The translations under genes and the position numbers were made by a program. A DNA stretch of 64,000 bases, taken from an uncultured Verrucomicrobiae bacterium. GTDB taxonomy: Bacteria > Verrucomicrobiota > Verrucomicrobiia > Chthoniobacterales > UBA10450. The DNA is taken from assembly GCA_963735805.1 (NCBI GenBank), contig CAVTMK010000002.1:192001-256000 (forward strand), written 5' to 3'. This document shows positions 20,337 to 30,600 of this stretch, piece by piece (position 1 is the stretch's first letter; the number at the start of each line of letters is the position of its first letter). Under the pieces are notes generated by a model. The model was given only the letters and a program-made list of their open reading frames with translations. It was not told the DNA's origin and searched no databases.

Positions 20337-20837
20337 ATGAAATCTTTGCTCTTGTTTCTGCTCTGCATTTTGTCTGCGCGCCTCAGCATCGCGGAAGACT
20401 CGGCAGCTTCTCGAATCCGGCGACAAATCGAATCCACTCCGATGGCGCAAAAGGTGACTTTGAGTAACGACCAATGGCGAAAGGTTCTAAGTCCGGGACA
20501 ATTTCAAGTCCTACGCGAGGCGAAAACGGAGGCGCCATACAAAAATCGGTATTGGAACAATCACGAAAAAGGAATTTATCTCTGTGCCGCATGCGGGAGC
20601 GAACTGTTTGGCTCCAATACGAAATTTGAGTCTCGTACCGGATGGCCCAGCTTCTATGCGCCGCTCGCCAAAGACAAAATAACCGAGGCGATGGATACCA
20701 CTCATGGGATGACCCGCGATGAGATAAAATGCGCGCGTTGTGGTTCACATCTTGGCCATCTTTTCAATGACGGTCCGGCCCCAACCCATCTCCGTTATTG
20801 CCTAGACTCAATGGCCCTCAGATTTGTAGGGAAATAA
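20337..20837 (+). CDS. msrB: Peptide-methionine (R)-sulfoxide reductase with signal peptide
   Basis: CAAC and CARC Zn pairs, GWPSF, HLGHLFNDGP, RYC. Confidence 0.92.
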   Translation: MKSLLLFLLCILSARLSIAEDSAASRIRRQIESTPMAQKVTLSNDQWRKVLSPGQFQVLREAKTEAPYKNRYWNNHEKGIYLCAACGSELFGSNTKFESRTGWPSFYAPLAKDKITEAMDTTHGMTRDEIKCARCGSHLGHLFNDGPAPTHLRYCLDSMALRFVGK

Positions 20838-20938
20838 GGGGATACCTGGCTATCGCTGAAGAAGCATTCTGGAAAGTGAGGATGTCCAAAACGCCGTTCT
20901 TCATTCGTCATGATAGATGAACTGAAACGAAACCAACC

Positions 20939-21115
20939 ATGTGCCCGGCCTGCATAACAAACGTGCTGTTGATGGCAGCTAGCGTGAGTTCGACTGGCGG
21001 TTTAACAGCGTTTGCATTGAAGAGACTTTGTTCGAAATCCAAGCAAGGCCATCACAGCGAGGAGACGGGAGAAGAAGAGAAAGGAAATCGAACCAATGGA
21101 ACACAAGAGAACTGA
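20939..21115 (+). CDS. Small CxxC protein (MCPAC..., 58 aa), absent from the ORF track
   Basis: Hand translation [29 protein letters not shown]...QEN*. Confidence 0.55.
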   Translation: MCPACITNVLLMAASVSSTGGLTAFALKRLCSKSKQGHHSEETGEEEKGNRTNGTQEN

Positions 21116-21423
21116 CGTTGGTAAAGTCACTCCCCGTTATTGGCCCTGCCAAAGCAAGATGTATGGGAAAGGCGCAATGGTCGAAGCAAACGGCGGCTAC
21201 CCTGTGCCTGGCTGCGAGTGCATCGTGCACAAATCATAATTTTCAAGTGCAGCCAGATGAGCAAGAAAGTACAGCGAACATCTCCAGGAAGGCGTTCTTC
21301 GCCCGGTGCAGGAACGGACTGTTGTTTTTGCTGTTTGGAAATCGCCTCAGCATTTCGACGCCGGCTCTTGCGATCGAACATTCTGCCACATCACTCTTAA
21401 CCACACGGACCACTATTAGAGAC

Positions 21424-21768
21424 ATGACCATAACCTGCTTCATCCGATACGAAATCGATCCTCACCAGCGCGAAGCTTTCAAAGAGTACGCAGAAAACTG
21501 GGGGCGCATTATCCCCCGGTGTGGTGGACACCTGGTGGGCTACTTCCTGCCTTACGAGGGGACGAACAACGTGGCGTGGGGATTAATCGCTTTCGATAGC
21601 CTTGCATCGTACGAAGCATACCGAAAGAAATTGAAGGTCGATCCGGAGGCGCGCACGAACTTCACGACGGCGGAAGCTAAACGCGTCATCATTAGGGAAG
21701 AGCGCACCTTCGTGGAAGCGGTTGATGGCGCATTTAATCTGCCCGCTACGTCTGGAGGAACCAAGTGA
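21424..21768 (+). CDS. NIPSNAP-family protein
   Basis: [30 protein letters not shown]. Confidence 0.85.
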   Translation: MTITCFIRYEIDPHQREAFKEYAENWGRIIPRCGGHLVGYFLPYEGTNNVAWGLIAFDSLASYEAYRKKLKVDPEARTNFTTAEAKRVIIREERTFVEAVDGAFNLPATSGGTK

Positions 21769-22526
21769 CGCGCACGCTGATTCTTCCGGGGCTTCATAAC
21801 TCCGATCCCGGACATTGGCAAAGTCAGTGGGAGTCGCGAGACGAGACCTTGTTTCGAGTAATACAAGACGATTGGGAAACCCCGCATTGCGCGGACTGGA
21901 TCGCGAGGCTCGATCAAGAGCTTGCGCTTGGAGAGTCGGATACGGTGCTTGTAGCGCACAGCGCCGGGTGCGCGCTGGTCGCGCATTGGGCTGTCGGCGA
22001 GTCCTCAAGACGCGTTCGTGGTGCGCTTCTCGTTGCACCTAGTGACCCCGAGGCTCCGAGTTTTCCACCCGGACCTACAGGTTTTGCGCCGATTCCAATG
22101 CTGCGGTTCCGATTTCCAAGTATTGTCGTCGCCAGTTCCAACGATCCGTACGTCACGCTGACGCGCGCGCAAACATTCGCGATGGCATGGGGGAGCGAGT
22201 TCGTGACGATTGGTGAAGCCGGGCACATCAACAGTGCCAGTGGCCTTGGTGACTGGGCTCAAGGGCTCGTTCTCTTGAACATTCTTCGAAAAACCGCAGT
22301 GGAAAATTTTAGCGGACTAGCACGCGGGAAACGAATACCAATAAGTGACGGAAGCGCTCCTCGAACACATTCCCGTGGTGCATCTCGTCGCAACGACAAC
22401 GGTGATTACGTTGTAGCGACCTACGAACGAAAAGCATCTACAAATACCAAAAATAGATCACCACAAGAACAACAGTCTTTTCAGGCGCATGTGCTTCGAC
22501 CCATTTCGTGTGGCGCGGAAACTTAA
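21765..22526 (+). CDS. RBBP9/YdeN-family alpha/beta hydrolase with a non-conserved C-terminal tail
   Basis: ILPGL, HWQS, VAHSAGC, SSNDPY, AGHIN. Confidence 0.85.
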   Translation: MTRTLILPGLHNSDPGHWQSQWESRDETLFRVIQDDWETPHCADWIARLDQELALGESDTVLVAHSAGCALVAHWAVGESSRRVRGALLVAPSDPEAPSFPPGPTGFAPIPMLRFRFPSIVVASSNDPYVTLTRAQTFAMAWGSEFVTIGEAGHINSASGLGDWAQGLVLLNILRKTAVENFSGLARGKRIPISDGSAPRTHSRGASRRNDNGDYVVATYERKASTNTKNRSPQEQQSFQAHVLRPISCGAET

Positions 22527-22552
22527 GAATTCAGGCAAGAACCAGCAGAGAT

Positions 22553-23359
22553 ATGAACAAGGAAAACGACATCGACAAAAATGAGGAGAAAGCGACGGGA
22601 CACAAGAAAATGCGTCTGGCGATGAATAAACCCGCGATTGTGTCGCAGCAAGAATGGGAGGCTGCATGGCACCAACTGCTCGCAAAGGAGAAGCAGTTGA
22701 CCCGCGCCCGTGATGCGTTGGCCGCCGAGCGTCGGCGGATGCCGTGGCTGGCGGTGGAGAAGAAGTATCAATTCGACGGGCCGCAAGGTAAGGTGAGCCT
22801 GCTCCATCTGTTCGACGGCCGCCGTCAGTTGGTCGTCTACCGCGCGTTCTTCGAACCGGGCGTACACGGTTGGCCCGACCACGCCTGCGTCGGCTGTTCC
22901 ATGGTGGCTGACCATGTTGGCCATCTTGCACATCTAAACGCCCGCAACAGCACTCTGGTGTTCTGCTCGCGCGCGCCGCAAGCGGACATCGACCGCCTGA
23001 AGGCGCGGATGGGATGGCAGATTCCATGGTACACCATTACAGACGACTTCGACAAAGACTTCAGCGTAGACGAATGGCACGGCACGAACGCGTTCATCCG
23101 CGACGGCGACCGCATCTTTCGAACCTACTTCATCAACGGCCGCGGCGACGAGGCGCTCGGGAGCACCTGGAGCTATCTCGATATGACCGCCCTTGGGCGC
23201 CAGGAGAAGTGGGAGGACTCGCCCCAGGGCTACCCCCAGACCCAGCCCTACGACTGGTGGAAGTGGCACGATGCATACGGCGATACCAAGCCGTCCGACG
23301 GGTGGAGCACTCAACTCGAGCGCGGAATTCAGGCTGGGCAAGAACGGCGACGATCCTGA
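22553..23359 (+). CDS. DUF899 thioredoxin-like protein
   Basis: AAERRRMPW, LFDGRRQL, CVGCS, LDMTALGRQE. Confidence 0.9.
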   Translation: MNKENDIDKNEEKATGHKKMRLAMNKPAIVSQQEWEAAWHQLLAKEKQLTRARDALAAERRRMPWLAVEKKYQFDGPQGKVSLLHLFDGRRQLVVYRAFFEPGVHGWPDHACVGCSMVADHVGHLAHLNARNSTLVFCSRAPQADIDRLKARMGWQIPWYTITDDFDKDFSVDEWHGTNAFIRDGDRIFRTYFINGRGDEALGSTWSYLDMTALGRQEKWEDSPQGYPQTQPYDWWKWHDAYGDTKPSDGWSTQLERGIQAGQERRRS

Positions 23360-23429
23360 TCGCTCACTTCGGAACATCAATTCCTATCAAAGATTCAAAA
23401 GACAAAAGCACACTTACCAAGAAACAATT

Positions 23430-23885
23430 ATGACACAGAGCACCACAAACACGATCCTGCTTCACCGCGTAATTCGTGCCACGCCTGATAAAATATATCG
23501 TGCCTTCCTAGACGCGGATGCAATGGCAAAATGGCTTCCACCAAACGGATTCACCGGAAGAGTCCACCAGATGGACGCGAAAGTCGGCGGCGCGTACAAG
23601 ATGTCGTTCACCAACTTCACTACTGGCAAGAGTCATTCTTTCGGCGGGACCTATGTCGAACTGAAGCCACAAGAGCGCATTCGCTACAAAGACAAATTCG
23701 ATGATCCGAATCTGCCGGGAGAGATGCAGACGACCATAACCCTCAAGAAGGTCTCCTGCGGGACCGACTTGAATGTTCGGCAAGAAGGCGTGCCCGGCGC
23801 CATTCCTGTCGAGGCCTGCTATCTTGGCTGGCAAGAATCGCTCATCCTTCTATCGAAACTCGTTGAAGCTGAAATTCCGGACTAG
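23430..23885 (+). CDS. SRPBCC/AHSA1-family protein
   Basis: AKWLPPNGF, MSFTNF, CYLGWQESL. Confidence 0.88.
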   Translation: MTQSTTNTILLHRVIRATPDKIYRAFLDADAMAKWLPPNGFTGRVHQMDAKVGGAYKMSFTNFTTGKSHSFGGTYVELKPQERIRYKDKFDDPNLPGEMQTTITLKKVSCGTDLNVRQEGVPGAIPVEACYLGWQESLILLSKLVEAEIPD

Positions 23886-23887
23886 GT

Positions 23888-24871
23888 ATGGATCTCAGTT
23901 TTTTGCGCGCGCTGGCGGTCACATGTCTGACGATCGGGTCAGTGGCTGCGCAGACCGCGCCTTACGATTCGGCGAAACCGCTACCGAAGCCGACGTTGTT
24001 TGCGCCCGGCATCATCTCCACCGGCGACTACGAATCGCACGCGACGTTAACGCCCGACGGCGGCGAGATGTATTTTCTCAAAATGGCGCCAGATTTTTCG
24101 CGGTGGTCCATCTTCGTGTCGCGCTACAAGAACGGCAGCTGGTCGCAACCGGAGGTCGCGCCGTTCTCCGGCCAATACCAGGACGCTGATCCCTACATTA
24201 CCGCAGACGGAAAACACTTCTACTTCATCTCTGATCGGCCCGTCCAGGCGGGTAGCCAACGTCAGTCGCATCACGACATTTGGGTCATGGACAAGACGAA
24301 CGCAGGCTGGAGCGCTCCACGTCATTTGCCAGCACCGGTCAACAGTGATGCCGACGAGTTTTATCCAATCGCCTTAAAAAACGGGACGCTTTATTTTGGG
24401 TCGCAACGCAAGGAGGCCAACGGCGTGGGCGACATCTATCGCGCTGTGCCGCGGAAGGACGGTGGCTATGCAGTCGAGAATCTCGGGCCGCCTGTTAATA
24501 CCGCGGCGGGCGAATACGAAGCCTTTGTTACCGAAGATGAACGGCTGATGTTGCTCGCGATCGCGAGACGCCCCGACTCTCTTGGCGATATAGATCTTTA
24601 TGTGTCGCACAGGCAAGCCGATGGCAAATGGGGGGAGCCGGTTAATCTCGGGCCGGAGATAAATTCGCCGGCACGCGAGTTGTCACCCAAACTCACGCCA
24701 AATGGCAAATACCTGATCTGGATGAGTTGCCGCGTGCCGCCATTGCCTTCGAAACCGCAGCCGCACACGACGACCGAGGTGTTGCGAGACCTGCACACAT
24801 CTGGCAATGGACTTGGAGATATTTACCAGATCGATGTCTCCGCCGTTCCGGCATTAAAACCTTCAAACTGA
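23888..24871 (+). CDS. Exported PD40/TolB-like beta-propeller protein
   Basis: Signal peptide; repeated (T/S)PDG..YF and NLGPxVN/INS blades. Confidence 0.8.
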   Translation: MDLSFLRALAVTCLTIGSVAAQTAPYDSAKPLPKPTLFAPGIISTGDYESHATLTPDGGEMYFLKMAPDFSRWSIFVSRYKNGSWSQPEVAPFSGQYQDADPYITADGKHFYFISDRPVQAGSQRQSHHDIWVMDKTNAGWSAPRHLPAPVNSDADEFYPIALKNGTLYFGSQRKEANGVGDIYRAVPRKDGGYAVENLGPPVNTAAGEYEAFVTEDERLMLLAIARRPDSLGDIDLYVSHRQADGKWGEPVNLGPEINSPARELSPKLTPNGKYLIWMSCRVPPLPSKPQPHTTTEVLRDLHTSGNGLGDIYQIDVSAVPALKPSN

Positions 24872-24887
24872 ACGGCGTCTCACTGAC

Positions 24888-25310
24888 ATGATCACGAAGG
24901 AGCACGGAAATACCAAAATAACCTACAAGTCCGTTGTCGTACCCAGCGCGCAACAGATCATTGAACTCTACGACCACGCGGCACTTCCAAGGCCGACCCG
25001 CGATTCTCAAAGAATACAAGCGATGTTCGAAAATTCAGATCTGATTATGACCGCCTGGGATGGGGAGAAGTTAGTCGGTGTTTCTCGTACGATTACAGAC
25101 TGGGTCTGGTGCAGTTATCTCGCCGATCTTGCAGTCAGTCCCGACTATGAAAGGTCAGGGGTCGGGAAAACGCTCGTTCAACTCACCAAACAGAAAATAG
25201 GAGAACGATCGATGCTCTTGTTACTCTCAGTCCCGACAGCAATGGATTACTACCCCAAGGTAGGGTTTGTAAGAGAGAACAAGGCTTTCATCATACACAG
25301 AACAGAGTAA
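24888..25310 (+). CDS. GNAT acetyltransferase
   Basis: YLADLAVSPDYERSGVG, YYPKVGF. Confidence 0.85.
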   Translation: MITKEHGNTKITYKSVVVPSAQQIIELYDHAALPRPTRDSQRIQAMFENSDLIMTAWDGEKLVGVSRTITDWVWCSYLADLAVSPDYERSGVGKTLVQLTKQKIGERSMLLLLSVPTAMDYYPKVGFVRENKAFIIHRTE

Positions 25311-25359
25311 TAAGACTGGACCTGCTGCTTGCTGGAACAACTCGCATGACTTTGCGTCG

Positions 25360-25398
25360 AAGTGGCCTTATTGCACTTTCCAAACTGGATCTTGTGAT
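25360..25398 (+). promoter_or_regulatory. Putative MocR operator
   Basis: AAGTGGCCTT-N14-ACTGGATCTTGTGAT, 23-bp period. Confidence 0.55.
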
Positions 25399-25441
25399 AA
25401 AAGACAGTCGCTCGCGAAATTCAGGGCCGTCCTCGCTGCTT

Positions 25442-25984
25442 ATGAAAAACATCAAACCGATTCTATATGCGGGCGCGCTTGTTGGCGTGCTCGACATTAC
25501 AGCCGCCTGCATCGATGCTCGCCTTGAGTACGGGGTTCCCCCAGTGCACGTATTACAAAGCGTGGCTGGCGGCCTTCTCGGACGTGGCAGTTATAATGGC
25601 GGATTCGCATCAGCCGCGCTTGGTATTGCAATGCACTTCACCATGGCGCTGACCGTAGCAACAATCTTCTATGCGCTAAGCCGGTGGTTTTTTTCCCTTC
25701 CTCAAAAGCTTTCCGGCGTGGTGGCGGTGGGACTGCTTTATGGACTGGCAGTTTTCGTGGTCAATAACTTTGGCACGGCGCTATTCCTATCGTGGGTTCG
25801 CAGCCTTTACCTGCATACGCCGATTTTATTCAAGCCCCCAATGGGCTGGTCGCAGCTGGTTATTCACCTGTTCTGCGTGGGGCTACCCGTGGCACTAGTG
25901 ATGCATCGATACTCGAAACCAGTGAGCGATGATCGGACAAGTATCATAGGAGTTGCTTCAACAAATCCTCGCCGAATCCGGTAG
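25442..25984 (+). CDS. Hypothetical membrane protein (about 4 TM)
   Basis: GVLDI, LQSVAGGLLG, GIAMHF, HLFCVGLP hydrophobic pattern. Confidence 0.7.
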   Translation: MKNIKPILYAGALVGVLDITAACIDARLEYGVPPVHVLQSVAGGLLGRGSYNGGFASAALGIAMHFTMALTVATIFYALSRWFFSLPQKLSGVVAVGLLYGLAVFVVNNFGTALFLSWVRSLYLHTPILFKPPMGWSQLVIHLFCVGLPVALVMHRYSKPVSDDRTSIIGVASTNPRRIR

Positions 25985-26039
25985 GGCGGGTTCGCGATTC
26001 TCCGCTTTATTCCTTCAACATCTCAACGTGGCGAAGCGA

Positions 26040-26078
26040 AAGTGGCCTTGTCGAAGTTTGCCGACTGGATATTGTGAT
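26040..26078 (+). promoter_or_regulatory. Putative MocR operator upstream of GlxA copy 3
   Basis: AAGTGGCCTT-N14-ACTGGATATTGTGAT, nearly identical to 25360-25398. Confidence 0.55.
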
Positions 26079-26125
26079 CAGGGCAATTAGTTGAAATGTT
26101 CTGGCCGCGGCGAACCGCCGCAGTC

Positions 26126-27217
26126 ATGAATCCGAAAACGATTGGCCTGGTGGTACTCGAACACGTGACTGCTGTCGACGTGACGGGCCCGGCCGAAGCC
26201 TTTGCGCGGACGAAAATTCGCGTTGGGAATCAATCATCAGGCTCCCAACGCTCACCAAAAGACCAGTCTGTCCAATCAGCGGACCTTGACCCTTGTTACC
26301 GGGTATTAACCCTTGGTGTCGGCCAGACACCCTGCGTGACAGAATGTGGCATTGAGATAAAACCCCATTCGAGCCTCGAAGACGCACCGCCACTTGATAC
26401 ACTGTTTGTTTGCGGCTGCAGCGAGGCTCACAATTCAAGATGGAGCAGGAAACTGTCCAAATGGCTCAAGCAACGGTCGTCCTTTACGCGACGGGTTGTT
26501 GGCATTGGCACCGGCGTCTACGAACTTGCCTCAGTTGGGCTACTCGATGGGCGACAGGCAGCCGTTCACTGGCGCCTCGCGAACCATTTCGCCCGGCGGT
26601 TTGCCAACGTTCGGGTTAATCCCAACGCGTTGTTCGTCAAGGACGGTCCGTTCTATAGTTGCGCCGGCGGCGCGGCAGCAATCGATTTGTCGCTATCTCT
26701 GATCGAAGAAGATTTTGGCCGCCGAGCCGCATTGAATTTAGCGCGCGAACTCGTCCTTCATGTGAAACGATCAGGAGACCAGGAGCAGTGTTCCGAGCCG
26801 CTCCAGTATCAGCTCCAATCGTGCGACCGCTTCGGAGATATGTCCACCTGGATCTTGTGCAACCTCAATCAGGATCTTTCCGTTGACGCACTCGCCCAGC
26901 GAGCCGCCATGTCGCGTCGCAATTTCACTCGCTTATTCCAAGAAGCCTTTGGCAAATCACCCGCGCAGTTTGTAGCGGAAGCGCGAATTGCCGAAGCGCA
27001 GCAACGGTTATTGGTTCCCCGTAATAGCATCGAGAGCATTGCTACCTCGCTTGGATTCCGAAGCGCGGATGTTTTTAGCGTGGCTTTCGAGCGCTACACG
27101 GGCATTCGACCGAGCACCTACCGTACCTTGCGACAAGCTTCCAAAAATAACCACGCGGACAAGATGCAGTCCTCCAGATCTCGTTTGAATACAACGACTG
27201 TATTACGTGTTGCATAG
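26126..27217 (+). CDS. GlxA/FtrA-family AraC regulator, copy 3
   Basis: Closest to copy 2 (ARELVxHVKRSG, QSCDRF, LNQDLS). Confidence 0.9.
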   Translation: MNPKTIGLVVLEHVTAVDVTGPAEAFARTKIRVGNQSSGSQRSPKDQSVQSADLDPCYRVLTLGVGQTPCVTECGIEIKPHSSLEDAPPLDTLFVCGCSEAHNSRWSRKLSKWLKQRSSFTRRVVGIGTGVYELASVGLLDGRQAAVHWRLANHFARRFANVRVNPNALFVKDGPFYSCAGGAAAIDLSLSLIEEDFGRRAALNLARELVLHVKRSGDQEQCSEPLQYQLQSCDRFGDMSTWILCNLNQDLSVDALAQRAAMSRRNFTRLFQEAFGKSPAQFVAEARIAEAQQRLLVPRNSIESIATSLGFRSADVFSVAFERYTGIRPSTYRTLRQASKNNHADKMQSSRSRLNTTTVLRVA

Positions 27218-27307
27218 TTGGTCTTTTAATTAGCGTGCATGTTTGCGTCTGCCGCTTGCGATTTCGCCACAGTTTTAGGCAAACTTTGATTGGTGCAAAA
27301 CAGACAG

Positions 27308-27386
27308 GAGGCAGCTATGAAGTTACCTGAGCTACCTCTGATAGCTAACTAACGAAGTTATTCCAGAATCCTTCTTCACGCCGAAG
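27308..27386 (-). pseudogene. Relic 3' end plus terminator of an inverted TonB-receptor-like gene
   Basis: Minus strand reads TTCGGCGTGAAGAAGGATTCTGGA..GTTAGTTAG..GAGGTAGCT..AGCTGCCTC, resembling 16216-16301. Confidence 0.45.
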
Positions 27387-27667
27387 CTAACGATTACAAA
27401 CGACGAGTCTTTGTCGCTCGCGTTTTGAATAAACAGGTGTGCTGCTTGTGTTATTAAACTGCCAACCTCCGGCTGCTGCAATATTCCTCCGCTGTTAAAC
27501 CGGCGCGACAGTTCTTCGCCGTCCTTTATTACCATGTTTTGTCGCGTCCTCTCGGACAATCCTACGCGGTGGCCCAAACCCTCTTTTCTTTGGCCTAGGG
27601 GAAAAACTTCTTACCGCGTTATACCAAATTCGCACACCATACTCAACGAAACACTAAGGAGAAACTA

Positions 27668-30600
27668 ATGATTAAAAACGTGCTAACTAAACTGGGAGTC
27701 TTTCGCGGAGCCTTCGTGGCGACCGTAGGATTTTCTCTAATCTTTGCCTCGAACGCATTTGCTCAGTTACCGGCTCCTGCGGCGCCGGGAGCAGCGGCAG
27801 GACCCACTACAGCTGAAGTCGAACGTGTCGTTGTGACGGGCTCGAACATTCCTACAGCGGAAGAGACCGGCCCCAATCCAGTGGATACGTATCGACCGCA
27901 GGATATCGAAAAATTGGGTATCCGAAGCACAACCGATCTCCAGGAGTTCATTCCGCAGGAGGCAGGTGGCACGGTGAATACGAACATGGGTAACGGTGGT
28001 GACGGTACCGTCCAGTTCAATCTGCGCGGTCTGTTGCCGAAAGAAACTTTGGTCCTGATCGATGGCAAGCGTGTCGCTTACGGTTCGCTGAACACCGCTG
28101 GTGTCAGCGGGGGTGTTGATATCAACCTGATACCCTTCTCCATGATCGACCACATTGACATTCTCAAAGACGGCGCCTCGGCCGTGTACGGATCGGACGC
28201 TATTTCCGGCGTGGTCAACTTTTTCTTGCTCCACAAATTTCGTGGCTTGGAGATCGGGGCCACTTACGGAAACACAAACATGGGGGCCTCCAATGAAATG
28301 GGCGAGTGGGAGGCATGGATCAAAGCCGGCACCGGAGATGACAAGACCGATATTGTGGTCGTAGCCGATTTTTTCGAGCGCCTCGGTGGTCTTTTCAGCC
28401 GAGACCGCGATATCTCTGCTAACGGGTTCTTCGTTCCGTTTGGAGGATTTGACGTGCGCAGCGGCAATGAACCTGGCCGTGTGCAGGGTACTCGATTGCT
28501 TCCGACCCTGTTTTTCAGCGGAAACACCCCGCCGCCACATTCGGCGCCAAACGCTGCGACTTCTCCATTTTATGCTAGCCCCTTTGCTGTTAATCCAAAT
28601 GCATTCCCGGGCGCACCAGGTATCCACAATCCAAGGGTTACGCTTGACCAGACCGGCACGAAATACCGGGGTGGTGGCAATTACTTCTTCTATAACTTCG
28701 CCGCTGTTACGCCAGCGTTGCCGCCGGGAGACCGCCAGGTGTACTACGGTTCGTTCACCCGCGACCTGTGCGACAAGTACCTGACAGTATTCGCCGACTT
28801 TAAGTATGCGCGTTCGTACTTCGATTCGTCGTTAGCCGCGGCTCCGTTTACACCAGATCCATTTAAGGCGCCGGGCACTAACGCCTTCTTTAGTCCCCAG
28901 GGCATCAGTGTGCCAATTCAGAATCCATTTAATCCATTCACAGTTGGGGATGCGACTCTGGTTATTAACGGCGTGCCAACTCCGATGACAACTGGCGTTC
29001 GTTTTCGCTCACTCAACGATACGGGCTCAAGAAGCGAAAAGTTCACCTATTGGGATCAACTTTTCGATGTCGGTCTGCGGGGTGAGATGGGCGAATTTGG
29101 GGATTACTTCAAGACATGGAACTGGGAAGCGGGTTTCCGTTATTCTCGGAATGAGGGGCAGGATCTGTCCGTTGGCGAAGTGAGCCAGCCCGGGTTGCGC
29201 GATGCCCTGTTGGATACGAATCCTGCGACCGCGTTTAATCCTTTCGGTGGCTTTTTCAGGGAAAACAGCCCAAGGGCCAGGCAATCTGTCTATGTGACAT
29301 TGCATAACTCAGGCGAGTATGAATTGCCTATCTATTACGCCACGATTAACGGCGACCTGTTCAGTCTTCCTGGAGGACCAGTCTCGTTCGCGATTGGCGG
29401 CGAGTACGACGCGCCCAGGTTCACTCGCGATCGTGACGCGCTCAATAACACTTTCCAAAGTATTGGCTCGGTGGACGGGCAAAGCTTCCGTGTGAACCGG
29501 GACATCTGGGGAATCTACGAGGAAGTGCGCGTGCCGTTTACCAGTCCCACGTGGAACTTTCCTGGCTTCTACAGCTTTGAGGTAGACTTTGCCGAGCGGG
29601 AGGAATGGTACAGCAACAATACCTCTGGGGTTCTGCCTTCGGGATTGTTCCCCGGAGGGCCATCAGTGCACACAACGTATAATGCACAGAAGCCGAAGAT
29701 CTCACTTCGCTGGCAACCGCTTGATCCCAAGTATATCGGCGCTGTGACGCTGCGCGGCAGCTATTCCGAGGCGTTCCACGCGCCGACTCTAAGCGAACTG
29801 ACCCCTGCTTCGTCGCAGGGTTTCCCAATCGTGGTCGATCCCTTCTCTACTCAGACTGACCCTCAGATTGAAGAACGCATCCTGGGCAACCCGAACGCGC
29901 ATCCGGAAACGGCTTATGAATGGACCTACGGAATTGTTTACAGCCCGAAATGGGTCAAGGGCCTGACATTGAGCGCCGATTGGTGGCACATCGATATGCG
30001 CGACATCATAACAGCTCTCGGCGCGCAAACCATTCTCCTGGAAAATCCACCGCCAGGACCGGGTGCATCAACCGTTACAAACCCCAACGGGGCGATTGTA
30101 GCCCGTTCTACTGGTAACAACCCGCTTGAGCCCGGCCCAGTCACGCTGGTTGTTGATCCGAGCCAGAACCTCTCTGGCGCGATCTTCGAAGGTCTAGACT
30201 ACGAGGCAATATATATACTGGATTCGACGATCTTTGGCGACGGCGATTGGGGAAGGTTAACCACCACGGTCAACGGCACCTGGTTGTCGCGGGCTGAGTT
30301 TCAAGCTAGCTCCAGTACAAAACGGGTTGGCATCGCGGGTGAATTTTTGCCGCCAGGATTTGCTCTAACCAGTTCGCTGCCGTGGAACCGGGCTAACTTC
30401 AGTATCTTCTACGATGGTCCGGCTGACACATGGATGCAGGGCTTGGATGTGGGTGCGATCGTCCACTGGACTGGTCAGTATGAAGACGACAACGCCAGCC
30501 TTACAGGATCGACGAAGCTAAACGAGCCCCGGAGCGGTGGATTCCCCGACTTTGGTGAGTTACGCGCGCGCAAAGTGTCCGCGTGGACGACGCTCGATCT

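Noticed and set aside
21028..21423. Long N-terminal extension of the NIPSNAP ORF with a Tat-like SRKAFF
   Set aside because: No twin arginine and a weak hydrophobic core; the family-like sequence starts at 21424, so export is not supported
22290..22526. Extra C-terminal domain on the YdeN hydrolase
   Set aside because: Low-information tail after the conserved end; more likely stop-codon loss than a domain
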